Below, piece after piece: positions 47,320 to 57,626 of a stretch of DNA of 64,000 nt. Within the stretch, counting starts at the first letter, position 1; each line of letters starts with the position of its first letter. The stretch covers positions 2 through 64,001 of the forward strand of contig JAADIG010000052.1 in the NCBI GenBank assembly GCA_013151445.1, written 5' to 3'. The notes below the pieces were generated by a model. The model was not told where the DNA came from, did not search any database, and saw only the letters and a list, made by a program, of their open reading frames with translations. Source of the DNA: Actinomycetota bacterium (GTDB taxonomy: Bacteria > Actinomycetota > Acidimicrobiia > Spongiisociales > UBA5794). A program made the position numbers and the translations under genes.

Positions 47320-48657
47320 TTACATCTCCTTGGCAAGGATCGTGCTCACTCGTGTGACGAGTTCGTCAACCTCGGTAGCCGTTGGGGCTTCCACGTTTAG
47401 CCGGAGCACGGGTTCGGTATTCGAAGGACGTACGTTAAACCACCGATCGCCAAGGTCGACGGTAAGGCCGTCGAGACGATCCTGGTCGGCGTCGGCGAAC
47501 GAGTCCGCCAGTGCTTCGATAGCGCCACTCTTGTCCGGCACGTCGAAGTTGATCTCACCCGATGCAGCATACGGTTCAAAGTCTTTGCGGAGTTCGGAGA
47601 GCGGCACCCCGGCCTCGGACACGACTTGGAGCAGTACGAGCATCGCCAACATACCGGAGTCGGCACGGAAGTTATCCCTGAAGTAGTAGTGCCCGGAATG
47701 TTCCCCACCAAAAACGGCGCCCGAATCTTTCATTACCTGTTTGATAAAGGAGTGACCGACCTTGGTGCGGACCGGTGTTCCACCCGCCGCGACGATTGCC
47801 TCGGGAACTGCCTTCGAGCAGATGAGGTTGTGCACGATCGATGCACCGGGGAACCGGTGCAGAAACCACGTCGCAATGATCGCGGTAGTCGTACTCCCTG
47901 GCAGCGGCACCCTTTGATCGTCGATAAAGAATGCCCGGTCGGCGTCACCATCGAAAGCAACGCCAATGTCGGGATTCTCACGGCCCATGAGAGCAATGAG
48001 ATCGACGAGGTTCTCCGGACGCAGTGGGTCCGCAGGGTGATTCGGAAACGTACCGTCCCGGTCCAGATAGAGGCCGATGAGATCAGCCTCGATCCGATCG
48101 AATACCGTGTGGAGCGCAACGCCGGCCATACCATTGCCGCCGTCGGCTGCGACCCGCAGCGGTTTGAAATGTCCAGCATCGACGACCGTGAAGAGATGGT
48201 CCACATACCCCGAGAGAATGTCGACGGACCGAACGCTGGCACGCGGCCGCTCGTCGGAGGGGGGATCGATCGCGATGCTCTTGACGTTCAACAGACCACT
48301 CTCGACACCGACGGGTGCGGCGCCAGCCAAACACATCTTGATGCCATTCCACTCGCTCGTATTGTGCGAGGCGGTGATCATCACACCGGGTATCGATTCG
48401 ACACCGGAGTAGTAGTACATCATGTCGGTCGCGATTTCGCCGAGATAGTCGACCTCGACACCTCGTGACGTGATCCCCTCAATCACCCCGTCACGAATAT
48501 CGGGAGATGAGACCCTGCAGTCATGTCCGACCGCAATGCGGTCAACTTCAGCGAACTCTGCGAATCCAATACCTATGCGACGTCCAACTTCGGTGTTGAT
48601 CTGGCTTGGCGCTACGCCGCGAACGTCATAAGCCTTGAAGATCGAGTCAAAATCCAT
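47320..48657 (-). CDS. manB: Phosphomannomutase/phosphoglucomutase
   Basis: Active-site TASHN and Mg loop DGDADR. Confidence 0.85.
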   Translation of the reverse strand: MDFDSIFKAYDVRGVAPSQINTEVGRRIGIGFAEFAEVDRIAVGHDCRVSSPDIRDGVIEGITSRGVEVDYLGEIATDMMYYYSGVESIPGVMITASHNTSEWNGIKMCLAGAAPVGVESGLLNVKSIAIDPPSDERPRASVRSVDILSGYVDHLFTVVDAGHFKPLRVAADGGNGMAGVALHTVFDRIEADLIGLYLDRDGTFPNHPADPLRPENLVDLIALMGRENPDIGVAFDGDADRAFFIDDQRVPLPGSTTTAIIATWFLHRFPGASIVHNLICSKAVPEAIVAAGGTPVRTKVGHSFIKQVMKDSGAVFGGEHSGHYYFRDNFRADSGMLAMLVLLQVVSEAGVPLSELRKDFEPYAASGEINFDVPDKSGAIEALADSFADADQDRLDGLTVDLGDRWFNVRPSNTEPVLRLNVEAPTATEVDELVTRVSTILAKEM

Positions 48658-48730
48658 GACCTAAGTCTAGAACTCTGCGCAGACAACCTCGGCCCGATCG
48701 TCACAACAGCAACCCGGGTAGAATCGACCC

Positions 48731-49447
48731 ATGCCCGAACCGCAATCTGTCTTTTCGATCGTCATCCCTATCCACAACGAGGCTGGCTTTCTGCCCCAGG
48801 CACTACCGGCCTTGCAGGCCGAGCTCGCCGATCTTGGGGTCCCATTCGACATCAATCTCGTCGAAAACGGATCGACCGACGGAACAGCACAAACGGCGCT
48901 CGCGGAGGCGGCCAACTTCCCCGAGGTACGGATCACCCAACAGCCGGTCGCCGACTACGGCACCGCCATGCTTGCAGGGTTCATGGAAGGTACCGGAACG
49001 TGGGTCGTCAACTTCGACATCGACTACACATCGGCGTCCTTCCTAAAGCAGGTGCTCGCTGACGGAACCGACGCCGATGTCATCCTCGCATCGAAACGAG
49101 CACCCGGGTCAGATGATCGCCGCGGGTATGTCCGAAGACTTGCGACGTTTGCGTTCAACACCGTGTTACGCATCCTGGTCAAGAGTTCAGTGTCCGACAC
49201 GCACGGCATCAAGGCTGTACGACGAGACGTGGTCCAGGATCTCGCTCCGAAGGTGGTGTCGCGCAAGGACCTATTCGACACCGAACTTGTGGTCCGAGCC
49301 GGTCACGCCGGCTACCGGATTGTCGAATTCCCCATCGTCGTGGAGGAACAGCGCGAAGCACGATCGAAGCTGTGGAAGAGGATTCCGCGTACCCTTCGGG
49401 GAATCTGGCGGATTCGCCGACAGCTCAAGACCGAAGGCGTTCTCTAG
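48731..49447 (+). CDS. GT2 polyprenyl-phosphate glycosyltransferase (Ppm1/GtrB-like catalytic domain)
   Basis: FSIVIPIHNE … DxD-type motifs. 238 aa. Confidence 0.8.
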   Translation: MPEPQSVFSIVIPIHNEAGFLPQALPALQAELADLGVPFDINLVENGSTDGTAQTALAEAANFPEVRITQQPVADYGTAMLAGFMEGTGTWVVNFDIDYTSASFLKQVLADGTDADVILASKRAPGSDDRRGYVRRLATFAFNTVLRILVKSSVSDTHGIKAVRRDVVQDLAPKVVSRKDLFDTELVVRAGHAGYRIVEFPIVVEEQREARSKLWKRIPRTLRGIWRIRRQLKTEGVL

Positions 49448-49488
49448 GGTTCGTCAGCGGGCAGGGACGGCGTCCCGCGTTGCCATAT

Positions 49489-49953
49489 CTAGGAGACGGC
49501 TTCCGTATCGACGTTGTCGGGGTTGTCGTTGAGATCCGACCCGAAAACCAGATCGCGATATGCGGCGAACTTCGGGAGAAGGATAATTCCGGAGGCTATG
49601 ACCAGGACAGCGTTCTCCCCGAGACGCGAGAGTTCAAACCGGCGAGCTGCGAACGCAATTATCTGGTCGGTGACCGCGAGCGCAACAACGTTGACTCCGA
49701 AGAACTTTGCTGTCTCTCGCAGTGACCCGGTGGCGTCATCGGCGTCGAACGTCCACTTTCGGTTGAGGATATATGCAAGCGCAGTACCGATAGCGAACGC
49801 GGCAACATTTGCGGGTCGCAGGTCCATACCGACGGTGCGAAGGACATTGAACACCAGGAAATAGAACAGCGTGTTGCCCACACCAATGATGCCCATTTTG
49901 ACGACCTGCCCCATCGCCTTCTTACTCACGAACGACGCCAGGTAACGTTTCAT
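49489..49953 (-). CDS. GtrA family membrane protein
   Basis: Four-TM GtrA pattern (…GVGNTLFYFLVFNVL…). Confidence 0.75.
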   Translation of the reverse strand: MKRYLASFVSKKAMGQVVKMGIIGVGNTLFYFLVFNVLRTVGMDLRPANVAAFAIGTALAYILNRKWTFDADDATGSLRETAKFFGVNVVALAVTDQIIAFAARRFELSRLGENAVLVIASGIILLPKFAAYRDLVFGSDLNDNPDNVDTEAVS

Positions 49954-52151
49954 GCGTCCACCAGCTCATGATCCTTACGGCGCCGGTACGTCCACACACC
50001 TAGTCCGAGGAATGTTATCGCGGTGATTCCCATTCCAACCTTTTCGGCAGGTGACCGAGAGAATCGAAGGATTACATTTTCCTGGGTCGGCACGACAATC
50101 ATGAGACTCGGCGACGCCCGATAGGGGCCGTCCGCACCTTCGACGGTCCAGTTCGGGAAGTACGAGGTTTTTACAAGAACGGGGACACCAATGCCATCGG
50201 TCTTGAAACTCACCGAGTTGTCATCCATCACAATGTCCGTAACCGTGACCTCCTGATCTACCGCGGTTGGAGGTGGCCAATCCCCCACCGTTGAGACTCG
50301 TTGCCACGACTCCGGGCCGTCCTTCACCATCCACCGGTCAATGAGCGAGAGATCGTCATACCACTCGAGGGAAGCATCGACGAAGTTCTCGGGACCGTCG
50401 TAAACAACTGGTTCGAATAGTGCGGGGATGACCAGTTCGTTCTCGGGCAGTTTGAAAATCGACCAGATCGGGGTCTCGGAAATCAGTTCCAAGTTGAACT
50501 TAACTGCCTCGTCTTTGGCGTCCTGGGTCATCGCGATGTAATAACTGACCCCATACAGTTCGAGATGTTTGATCCCCCGCTCAAAGTCGAAATTTCGATA
50601 ATTCAGGCCCCGGACTGGGTTCGACGGGTTACGCGAGACCTCTGCGGCGTTCAGGAAATGGAATGGTGTGGTGAGTGACGACTCGAAGAACAGACCTTCC
50701 ATGGACGTGTGCCCCGGCGAGAAGTACGGCAATAGCATGAGCGCCATCGGAGTTCCGTATTTGTTGAGCTCGTCGGAGTTGGCCTCCCACATGATGCGTC
50801 CCTCGGGAAGCTGGTCGACCTCATCGAGCAGGGCTTCCAATTCAGGCCACGCGGCCTTGCCCTCATACCCGGAATAGTTCCAACTTGCCCAGCCTGGTGT
50901 GTCGTGGATGCCCGCCACACTGATGTTGAATAACAGCAGAACGGCTACCGCACCGGCGACCAACTGGTTCTCTTCTCGCTCAGCAAACAGTCTCGAAACC
51001 CGCATGACAGCCAGACCGATAGCGATCCCAGCGAAGATAAAGAATCCGACGTACCAGAACGGCAACAACCTTGCGTTGTAGATTTTCGATAGACCCCAGT
51101 CGGGTAACCAGCGGTAGCCGACAACCGAGACTATGACCATTGTGATTGGTACCACGACGTTCTCGCGCCGGTAGATGGTCCATGCCATACCGAGAAGACC
51201 CAGGATGAATATTGGGAAGAACTCGTTGGGGAGGGGCGTCGCGATCTGTTCGTACCCGCCGTCACCGAGGAGTCCCCGCACAGGGCTCCAGTTCATGTCG
51301 GAGGTCATGCCGTTGGCGGTCAGCAGCAGCGGAAGGGCCCAGAACGCAGCAATGCCGAAACCAACCAACCACGACATCACCATCGCGCCGGCGGCCTTCT
51401 TTCGAAGGAGCACCGGGATCGAGACAATAATGACAACCATCGTCGGCACGATGTGGGACATCGCCAAAAGAGCAAGAACAATCCCCGCTTTCGGCGAGAA
51501 TCTGCGGCCCTCTGCCTGATCCCGAATGATGATCCCAAGGTAGACCAGGCTGAGCGACAGGGCCCACGAGAACGAGAACTCTCCAGCCAGGGTCGACTTA
51601 ATATTGCCGCCGAAAATCGAGAAGCTTTCCATGAACACGTACATGGAGCCGGTGAAACCGGCTATGCCGGCGACGATTCGATGAAAACCCATCGACCGGA
51701 CGAAGAAGTAGCTGGCGGCCGGCATCGTGACCAGACCCATGATGGTGGCCAACTTGAACGCCACCCCGTACGGCAGCACCGCGTTGAGGATGACGGTCAG
51801 GATTGCCGGCAGCGGGAAGTAGAAAAAGAGCGCCGGGAACCCGGCGTACCAATCCTGGGACCAACCTTGCACACGGAAGTTGCCGAGAAAGGAGTCCTGC
51901 AAGATCTGAGGCAGCAGAACGTGGGCCCCCATGTCGCCGCCGGTTGGTGTGTTGGCAACAAACAGGGCGGGAAACTGGAAGTCGATGCTGATCAGCGGGA
52001 ATCCATCGATGGCACGAACCGAACCAACGAACCCGGCCATGATGAAGAAGATCAGCAGTGTCGGGACGCCAACGGCGATGAGCACGAAGAGCCGATCGCG
52101 GTTGAGGCGGCGACGCGGCTGTTGTGCCGCTTTGTGAGGGGTTTGGTCCAC
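49950..52151 (-). CDS. Large polytopic membrane protein, putative GT-C-type glycosyltransferase (YfhO/GtrC-like)
   Basis: ~12 TM N-half plus a ~300-aa extracytoplasmic C-domain. Co-located with GT2 and GtrA. Confidence 0.55.
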   Translation of the reverse strand: MDQTPHKAAQQPRRRLNRDRLFVLIAVGVPTLLIFFIMAGFVGSVRAIDGFPLISIDFQFPALFVANTPTGGDMGAHVLLPQILQDSFLGNFRVQGWSQDWYAGFPALFFYFPLPAILTVILNAVLPYGVAFKLATIMGLVTMPAASYFFVRSMGFHRIVAGIAGFTGSMYVFMESFSIFGGNIKSTLAGEFSFSWALSLSLVYLGIIIRDQAEGRRFSPKAGIVLALLAMSHIVPTMVVIIVSIPVLLRKKAAGAMVMSWLVGFGIAAFWALPLLLTANGMTSDMNWSPVRGLLGDGGYEQIATPLPNEFFPIFILGLLGMAWTIYRRENVVVPITMVIVSVVGYRWLPDWGLSKIYNARLLPFWYVGFFIFAGIAIGLAVMRVSRLFAEREENQLVAGAVAVLLLFNISVAGIHDTPGWASWNYSGYEGKAAWPELEALLDEVDQLPEGRIMWEANSDELNKYGTPMALMLLPYFSPGHTSMEGLFFESSLTTPFHFLNAAEVSRNPSNPVRGLNYRNFDFERGIKHLELYGVSYYIAMTQDAKDEAVKFNLELISETPIWSIFKLPENELVIPALFEPVVYDGPENFVDASLEWYDDLSLIDRWMVKDGPESWQRVSTVGDWPPPTAVDQEVTVTDIVMDDNSVSFKTDGIGVPVLVKTSYFPNWTVEGADGPYRASPSLMIVVPTQENVILRFSRSPAEKVGMGITAITFLGLGVWTYRRRKDHELVDA

Positions 52152-52222
52152 AGTCAGAGAATAGTGCTTCGTTCAGTTACGTCTGCGAAGGACGCGAAGC
52201 GGTACCCGGGCTAGTACGCCGC

Positions 52223-52477
52223 TCATGCCTTCTTGGGGACATCGACCAGGGCATCGAGGTCGAGCACTTCGCCGTCGCGGTTGTACCAGCGCGACTCACA
52301 AACATGGCACGAGCAGAAGTCCACTTCGCCCCCATCCGGAAGCGTCAGCTGGATTTGGATGACGCTGTTGGCGCCACAAGTTTTACACGTGAGTGTCGAC
52401 GTCACGCCGTTCACTCCTCCATCGGGTCGCACCACTGTACTACGAACCGGTCGACCCGAGAGCAGGATTCTCGTCAT
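52223..52477 (-). CDS. Small zinc-ribbon protein (hypothetical)
   Basis: TCKTCGAN…CSCHVCES Cys clusters. Start at an internal Met, because the upstream part of the ORF is Arg-rich shadow. Confidence 0.35.
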   Translation of the reverse strand: MTRILLSGRPVRSTVVRPDGGVNGVTSTLTCKTCGANSVIQIQLTLPDGGEVDFCSCHVCESRWYNRDGEVLDLDALVDVPKKA

Positions 52478-52772
52478 TGCCAGCAATACCCTGGGCAACG
52501 TGTTCGGGCAGCTCGTCGAGCTTGCCGAGATACTTCGAGCGACGTTTCCCGTCTTCACTCCAATAGGCGTACCAGTACGGCCCGTGGGGACACCGCGAAC
52601 AGGTTGGTTTCCCACATCGGACAGACTGGCTGCGAACTTTGATCTCTGGCGCCGTCGCACCGAGCGCCACGCCATGGATCTGCAAACGTGCCTGGGCCAG
52701 CATGAGCAACCGGCGGAGTTCGGGTTCACCCATCTCTCTGACGGCTTCTAGGACATCGCGGTCAATCGGCAT
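52440..52772 (-). CDS. Small Cys-rich protein (hypothetical)
   Basis: CGKPTCSRCPHGPYWYAYWSEDGKRRSKYLGKL. Confidence 0.4.
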   Translation of the reverse strand: MPIDRDVLEAVREMGEPELRRLLMLAQARLQIHGVALGATAPEIKVRSQSVRCGKPTCSRCPHGPYWYAYWSEDGKRRSKYLGKLDELPEHVAQGIAGNDENPALGSTGS

Positions 52773-52784
52773 AGTTTTACCCGG

Positions 52785-53003
52785 CTATCGCTTTAGCCCG
52801 GTGACGGCGAACAACCGACGGCGATCGACTCGCCCCCACCCAACTGGAGGCATGATTCGATCGGCGTGGCGGGAACACATCAGGTAGCCGGAGCCCGGCG
52901 TCGGCAGATGGACCAACGGCTCCAACGACACCGAACGTGCGGCGTAGTTGTATCGCATAACGGCGACTGCGGGCTGTGAACAGCGGACACAAAGCGGGAC
53001 CAT
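52785..53003 (-). CDS. DUF3499-like protein
   Basis: MVPLCVRCSQPAVAVMRYNYAARSVSLEPL…GYLMCSRHADRIMPPVGW, compared from memory to mycobacterial DUF3499 (Rv3258c-like). Confidence 0.5.
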   Translation of the reverse strand: MVPLCVRCSQPAVAVMRYNYAARSVSLEPLVHLPTPGSGYLMCSRHADRIMPPVGWGRVDRRRLFAVTGLKR

Positions 53004-53078
53004 AGAAAGAAAGGTAGGCGTCTAGCGCGCCATCACCAAGGACCCGCGTCGCTCCCGTCGTCGAATCACAAAACCGTC

Positions 53079-53486
53079 TTACGCGTCATTCGGGCGCGTA
53101 AGACCGTGTAGCCGGGCCATTTGTGCGAGTTCCTTCAGCGACTTTGCGGACAACTTCCCTGCCCGCTGCCACAAGACCCGACGGTCTTCGGCGACCAGAA
53201 GCGTGAGTGGGACAGCGTCGACCCCTAGCTCCTCGAGAGTTGCTGATTCGAGTTCGTATGTGAACTCTCGCAATGGAACCGAGAGTTTGCGAAGGTCCGC
53301 GGCAACGATTTTGCACCGCGAACATCCCGTCGAGCTGAAGAGGACAACACCCGGCGGAACCGGCACGTCCCCGAATGAAATCGGGTCATGTTGTGGCTGG
53401 CTGAATCGATTGGCCGCAAAGGTCAGTCCCGCAACGGCCGCGGCGAGCACGACAACGACAAGGACTCGAACCGCCACGTCACCCAT
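53079..53486 (-). CDS. Membrane-anchored thioredoxin/glutaredoxin-like protein (CxxC)
   Basis: Signal anchor plus STGCSRC. Confidence 0.6.
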   Translation of the reverse strand: MGDVAVRVLVVVVLAAAVAGLTFAANRFSQPQHDPISFGDVPVPPGVVLFSSTGCSRCKIVAADLRKLSVPLREFTYELESATLEELGVDAVPLTLLVAEDRRVLWQRAGKLSAKSLKELAQMARLHGLTRPNDA

Positions 53487-54870
53487 CGATGGCTACACCG
53501 GCTATGAACGCAATGCCGTTCTCGGTCTGCTGTGACCATCCGACCGTGATTGGTTGTGTCGCCTCAACCAACCACCCCGCAACCGCAGAGTCATACGGCA
53601 CTGCGACTCGTTGCACCGTACCCGCCTGCAGCAAGATCTTGCGCTGATCACCGGTTCGAATGCCCATGGGAGTCAACAAAACAGTTGCCGACTGCGTACC
53701 GGAGTTCATCAACCAGATCGTCGAGAGACCGGTCTCCTCGCTTGCAGGACCCGGCACTAACCATGAAGTCGCTTCCTCCTGGGTGCCCGCTACGCCAGCC
53801 AGTGGGCCCTGTACGGCATCGATGGAAAGATCGGTTGATCCACCTTCGCCATCGAGTGCACTCACCTCCGGTATCGATTCCGCAACGACCGCAGCAGCAA
53901 TCTCACTATCACCCCGCACGACAATGCCGATCGCCTCACCGCTGAAATCTGCCAGGGATTCGCGGCGTGGATTGAGCGGATCAACGATGAACGCACGGAC
54001 ATCGGGACTGATGCCGTCGACCGTAAGGATCTCTACCGTGACCTCAACCGGACCGTCACCAGTAGCCGCGATAATGACCTCGGCCGTCAGGTTCTCTTGA
54101 GAAGCAACCGGGAAGAACCACTGTGTCGCCGCACCGGTCGCTGGCCAAACCGCCGCTCCGCCCTCGGCTGTCAGGATTGCCGAGGGAATGACGTTCCCCT
54201 CCGTTGCGACAATTTTCAACACGAGATCGTCGAGCCTCCCGGCGAGGTCGGTGAGATCGACATCGATCCAACTCCGACCGGCTACTGGCAGGGTATCGAG
54301 ATCGGGTAACTCAAACGTACCGAACTCACTGACAGCGGTAACCGAAACGAATGCCGTATCTGGGTACGGGTTGAACAGCCGCATCGAGAACTCGCGGCCC
54401 GCCCTCGTGGTTCCACCAACCAACCACCATTCCGCAGGTGTGGCGACAATGCATCGATCGGCCGCAAAAGAGGAGGCACCTTGCACGGTTGCCGACGCCG
54501 TAGCCGGTCCGGCTTGGAACTCAACCGAGGCCGGTGCTGGCCCCTGGAGAACGACATCGGCGAGCCGAAGAGTTCGCGCGCCCGCATCGGTGATGGACAC
54601 CGTCTTTTGAGCTGGCTCTTCGCCCGGCAGCGGACTCGGGACTGATAGCGCAGCACGGGCGGTAACAAGCGCCATCAACTGCACCGTCGACGAAGCTTGC
54701 GAGCCGGTTTCGCCCCATGGGCAGAACCACACCGTGGACCCGGCTGATGCCCCCAGATCGGGTGCCTGCGGCCCATCGAAGTCGGGCCCGGCGGGTGTGT
54801 TTGGAGCACGCAAGCCCATCGCTGCGGTTGCCAGCGTGGCGACTATCAGAAGTGCGACAAACCTACGCAT
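53479..54870 (-). CDS. Secreted protein of unknown function (DUF5719-like?)
   Basis: Signal peptide. Co-oriented with, and overlapping, the upstream GT2-membrane gene. Confidence 0.55.
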   Translation of the reverse strand: MRRFVALLIVATLATAAMGLRAPNTPAGPDFDGPQAPDLGASAGSTVWFCPWGETGSQASSTVQLMALVTARAALSVPSPLPGEEPAQKTVSITDAGARTLRLADVVLQGPAPASVEFQAGPATASATVQGASSFAADRCIVATPAEWWLVGGTTRAGREFSMRLFNPYPDTAFVSVTAVSEFGTFELPDLDTLPVAGRSWIDVDLTDLAGRLDDLVLKIVATEGNVIPSAILTAEGGAAVWPATGAATQWFFPVASQENLTAEVIIAATGDGPVEVTVEILTVDGISPDVRAFIVDPLNPRRESLADFSGEAIGIVVRGDSEIAAAVVAESIPEVSALDGEGGSTDLSIDAVQGPLAGVAGTQEEATSWLVPGPASEETGLSTIWLMNSGTQSATVLLTPMGIRTGDQRKILLQAGTVQRVAVPYDSAVAGWLVEATQPITVGWSQQTENGIAFIAGVAIDG

Positions 54871-57625
54871 ACTGCTCCCTACCCCATATCGCTAACCCGG
54901 CCAGGGCGGCCAATCCAAACAAGGCACCGAATGCCCGTTGCCGAATCAGGGGTCGCGGTGTGAACGAAATCTCACCGCTTCGTCCGTCGACGCTGTTTCC
55001 CCAAAGCTGCTGCTGCCACCCGTTGGGGTCCCAGAACGAATTTGGGTTGGTCCCAAGAAACACCGGGCCATCGGTCGCCGGACCCGTGTACACGGTGCCG
55101 TTGGTCACCCAGGGGGGATCCACTCCGGAGACAACCGCCCCCTGGGTCTCCGGCATGGTGAATGCAACACTGACGCCGGCACCCACCGAGACGATGTCCA
55201 ACTGACTCCGCAGGACCGCCTCGAGTGGGGAATCGTCCAACACGACCGCCCATCCGATCCCCATATCCGAGAGGCGCTCCCCTCCCCGAAATTCGTTGCC
55301 GTCGATCATGTCACGCAGGATGCGGTCAAGAGCGGAATCTGCGGTTGATGGAGCTCCCTGCCACAGATCCCACAGTTTCATGCCCGACGCCGGGACCACC
55401 CGATAGGTTGCACCTCTCACGTCCCGCACGTCACCGGGAATGGCATCGGAGGACCCGATGACGAGGATCCGAGCAGAGGTGTCCTCGGGTTGGCTCCGTG
55501 AGATGAACCCGATGCTGTCCGCTAGTTCCGATCCGGGCAGCCCCGCCCGCCCCCCGATGAGTGACGTCGCGACCGACCCGGCCAATGCGATCATCCCAAT
55601 GCCCACCACGACGACGCCGATTCGCACACCCCCGGCTTGTTCGGTGCCAATCGCATCAATGGCGACAGCGGCAACGATCGCAAGCCCCAAACCCGTCAGG
55701 GCAACCCCCGACACGCCGATCGCGGTACCGGCTTCAACTCGAGATGCGAAGACACCAGCGGCGGTGATGATTCCTGCCCATGCGGCGACATCGCGAAGGC
55801 GGTCGGTTGCTCCAACGATCCCGCCAACCACCACAGCGATCAACCCAAGCCCAACGATCGGCGATATGTCCCAGAAAAATGTCCCTTGCCGGAACCATTC
55901 ACGGGGATCATCGATCCCGAGGATCCACGGCAGCACCGCTATCGCTCCGGCGGCAACACCGACAACGGCCGGTACGGCACCTATGAGCGGAGTCCAACCC
56001 CGTGCGGCCACTACCAGCCAGACGGCAAGGGCACCGACTACCGCAAGCAACAACGCCGGTTCGGCAAACATCACGAGTCCCGAGGTGACACCCACCTGAG
56101 CTAACCAGCCGATACGACTTCTCAAGGCGCGGGGGAACGGGCGAAGTACAGCAAGAACCGCCCATGGCAACGCCCCCATCCCGATGATGCTGGCCACAAG
56201 CCCACGGTTCGCCAGCTCCGCTGCCGCCGGCCCCGCGATATATCCGAACCCTCCGAGCGCTCCGGCCACCGCACCGATGCCCCAGAGTTTTGCGAGACGA
56301 CCAACCCCCCAGACGGCGGCCGCGACGGCCCCCACCAGGACCACGGTGTAGGCGAATGCCGAAGAAAACGGGAGGACCCTGTCCACAATCCCAAAGAGGC
56401 CGGCAATCGGGGGAAGTGGATCGCCGGACCCAAACCCGGCCGGGTTCCACCCACCAGCGTACGCACCGAAGAGGTCTCCCGTCGGTGGTAGCGGTGCGTT
56501 GTATCCCACGGCACTCGTCACTCCCCCAATGATTGCGCGGGTCAGCAGTGCGACAAAACCGACACCGAGACCTGCCGCGACGAACGCTGGCTGTTTCAGT
56601 TCGCTCGTGAGGGTATCAATATCGAACCCACCGCGATCGACGATGCGGCTTCTCAAACGGTCCATCAACCGCGACCCAATACCGCGAAACGCGATCGAAC
56701 CCCCGACCTGGAAGCGGAACAGTTCGGTATCTCCAAGCCCCGCCGAACGTACCGCCATGGTCGTCCGCCGCTGCCGCAAGGTCTCGACGATATGAGCGGC
56801 ATTCCAAAGCCACGCCTTCACCGTTGCGGGTCCCGTCCATGGACGGGCAAACAATGTTGTGATCCCCTCCAACAAACCGACGAGGAGTCGCATAGGAAGA
56901 GTCCATGCCAGGGTGACCAGGGAATATGACGTGATCATCGATTGGATGCGGTCGGCCTCGACGCGCCACGGTTCGCTCTGGGGAGTGTCGAGCGGAACTG
57001 CAACAATCGACGATGGCGCCACCACGATGCGAGCTCCGGCAAGACGTGCTCGGTTACAGAACCCGAGAGACGTCCCCTCGTTGGCGATAGCCCCTTCACC
57101 AACACCGATGCCCTTGGCCAGGTCGCGGCGCACAAGAGCGGAAACCAACCTCACGGCCGCAACATCACGCACGACGTCGTACTGACCCTGATCAAGCTCG
57201 GTATCGACGAAGGTTGTGGCATCGACACCAAAAACGTCTGTCGTCATCCCAACCGAGATGAGAGTGCGATCCTCAGAAGCAGCGATCAATTTCGAACCGA
57301 CGACACTTGCATCGTTGCGTTCGGCCTCCCCGACGAGGGCATCGAGTGCGAGTGGCTCCGGGATCAGCCCGGCCTGCAGGAACCACAGGAAGTGGACCTC
57401 CGCACCGACGCTCGCAAGGAAAATAGCGAACGACGCATGCCACGGGACACCAAGTGTCCGTGTCGCCTCGCGGACAGTCTTGTCACCGCCGACGATTACC
57501 GGCGTCACCGCCCCGTACACTTGGGCACTAACGGCATCGAGGGTTTCGGTGAGCGATACGCCGGACTCTGCGACGATAACGGCTACGACGCGACTCGCTG
57601 ATCGGGACTCAGAAGGAGATGACAT
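54863..57625 (-). CDS. GT2 glycosyltransferase fused to large polytopic membrane domain
   Basis: N-terminal GT2 domain (RVVAVIVAESG…), then >15 predicted TM helices. The start is chosen at M44 of the ORF (57625) to limit overlap with cofD. Confidence 0.7.
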   Translation of the reverse strand: MSSPSESRSASRVVAVIVAESGVSLTETLDAVSAQVYGAVTPVIVGGDKTVREATRTLGVPWHASFAIFLASVGAEVHFLWFLQAGLIPEPLALDALVGEAERNDASVVGSKLIAASEDRTLISVGMTTDVFGVDATTFVDTELDQGQYDVVRDVAAVRLVSALVRRDLAKGIGVGEGAIANEGTSLGFCNRARLAGARIVVAPSSIVAVPLDTPQSEPWRVEADRIQSMITSYSLVTLAWTLPMRLLVGLLEGITTLFARPWTGPATVKAWLWNAAHIVETLRQRRTTMAVRSAGLGDTELFRFQVGGSIAFRGIGSRLMDRLRSRIVDRGGFDIDTLTSELKQPAFVAAGLGVGFVALLTRAIIGGVTSAVGYNAPLPPTGDLFGAYAGGWNPAGFGSGDPLPPIAGLFGIVDRVLPFSSAFAYTVVLVGAVAAAVWGVGRLAKLWGIGAVAGALGGFGYIAGPAAAELANRGLVASIIGMGALPWAVLAVLRPFPRALRSRIGWLAQVGVTSGLVMFAEPALLLAVVGALAVWLVVAARGWTPLIGAVPAVVGVAAGAIAVLPWILGIDDPREWFRQGTFFWDISPIVGLGLIAVVVGGIVGATDRLRDVAAWAGIITAAGVFASRVEAGTAIGVSGVALTGLGLAIVAAVAIDAIGTEQAGGVRIGVVVVGIGMIALAGSVATSLIGGRAGLPGSELADSIGFISRSQPEDTSARILVIGSSDAIPGDVRDVRGATYRVVPASGMKLWDLWQGAPSTADSALDRILRDMIDGNEFRGGERLSDMGIGWAVVLDDSPLEAVLRSQLDIVSVGAGVSVAFTMPETQGAVVSGVDPPWVTNGTVYTGPATDGPVFLGTNPNSFWDPNGWQQQLWGNSVDGRSGEISFTPRPLIRQRAFGALFGLAALAGLAIWGREQYA

Positions 57626-57626
57626 A

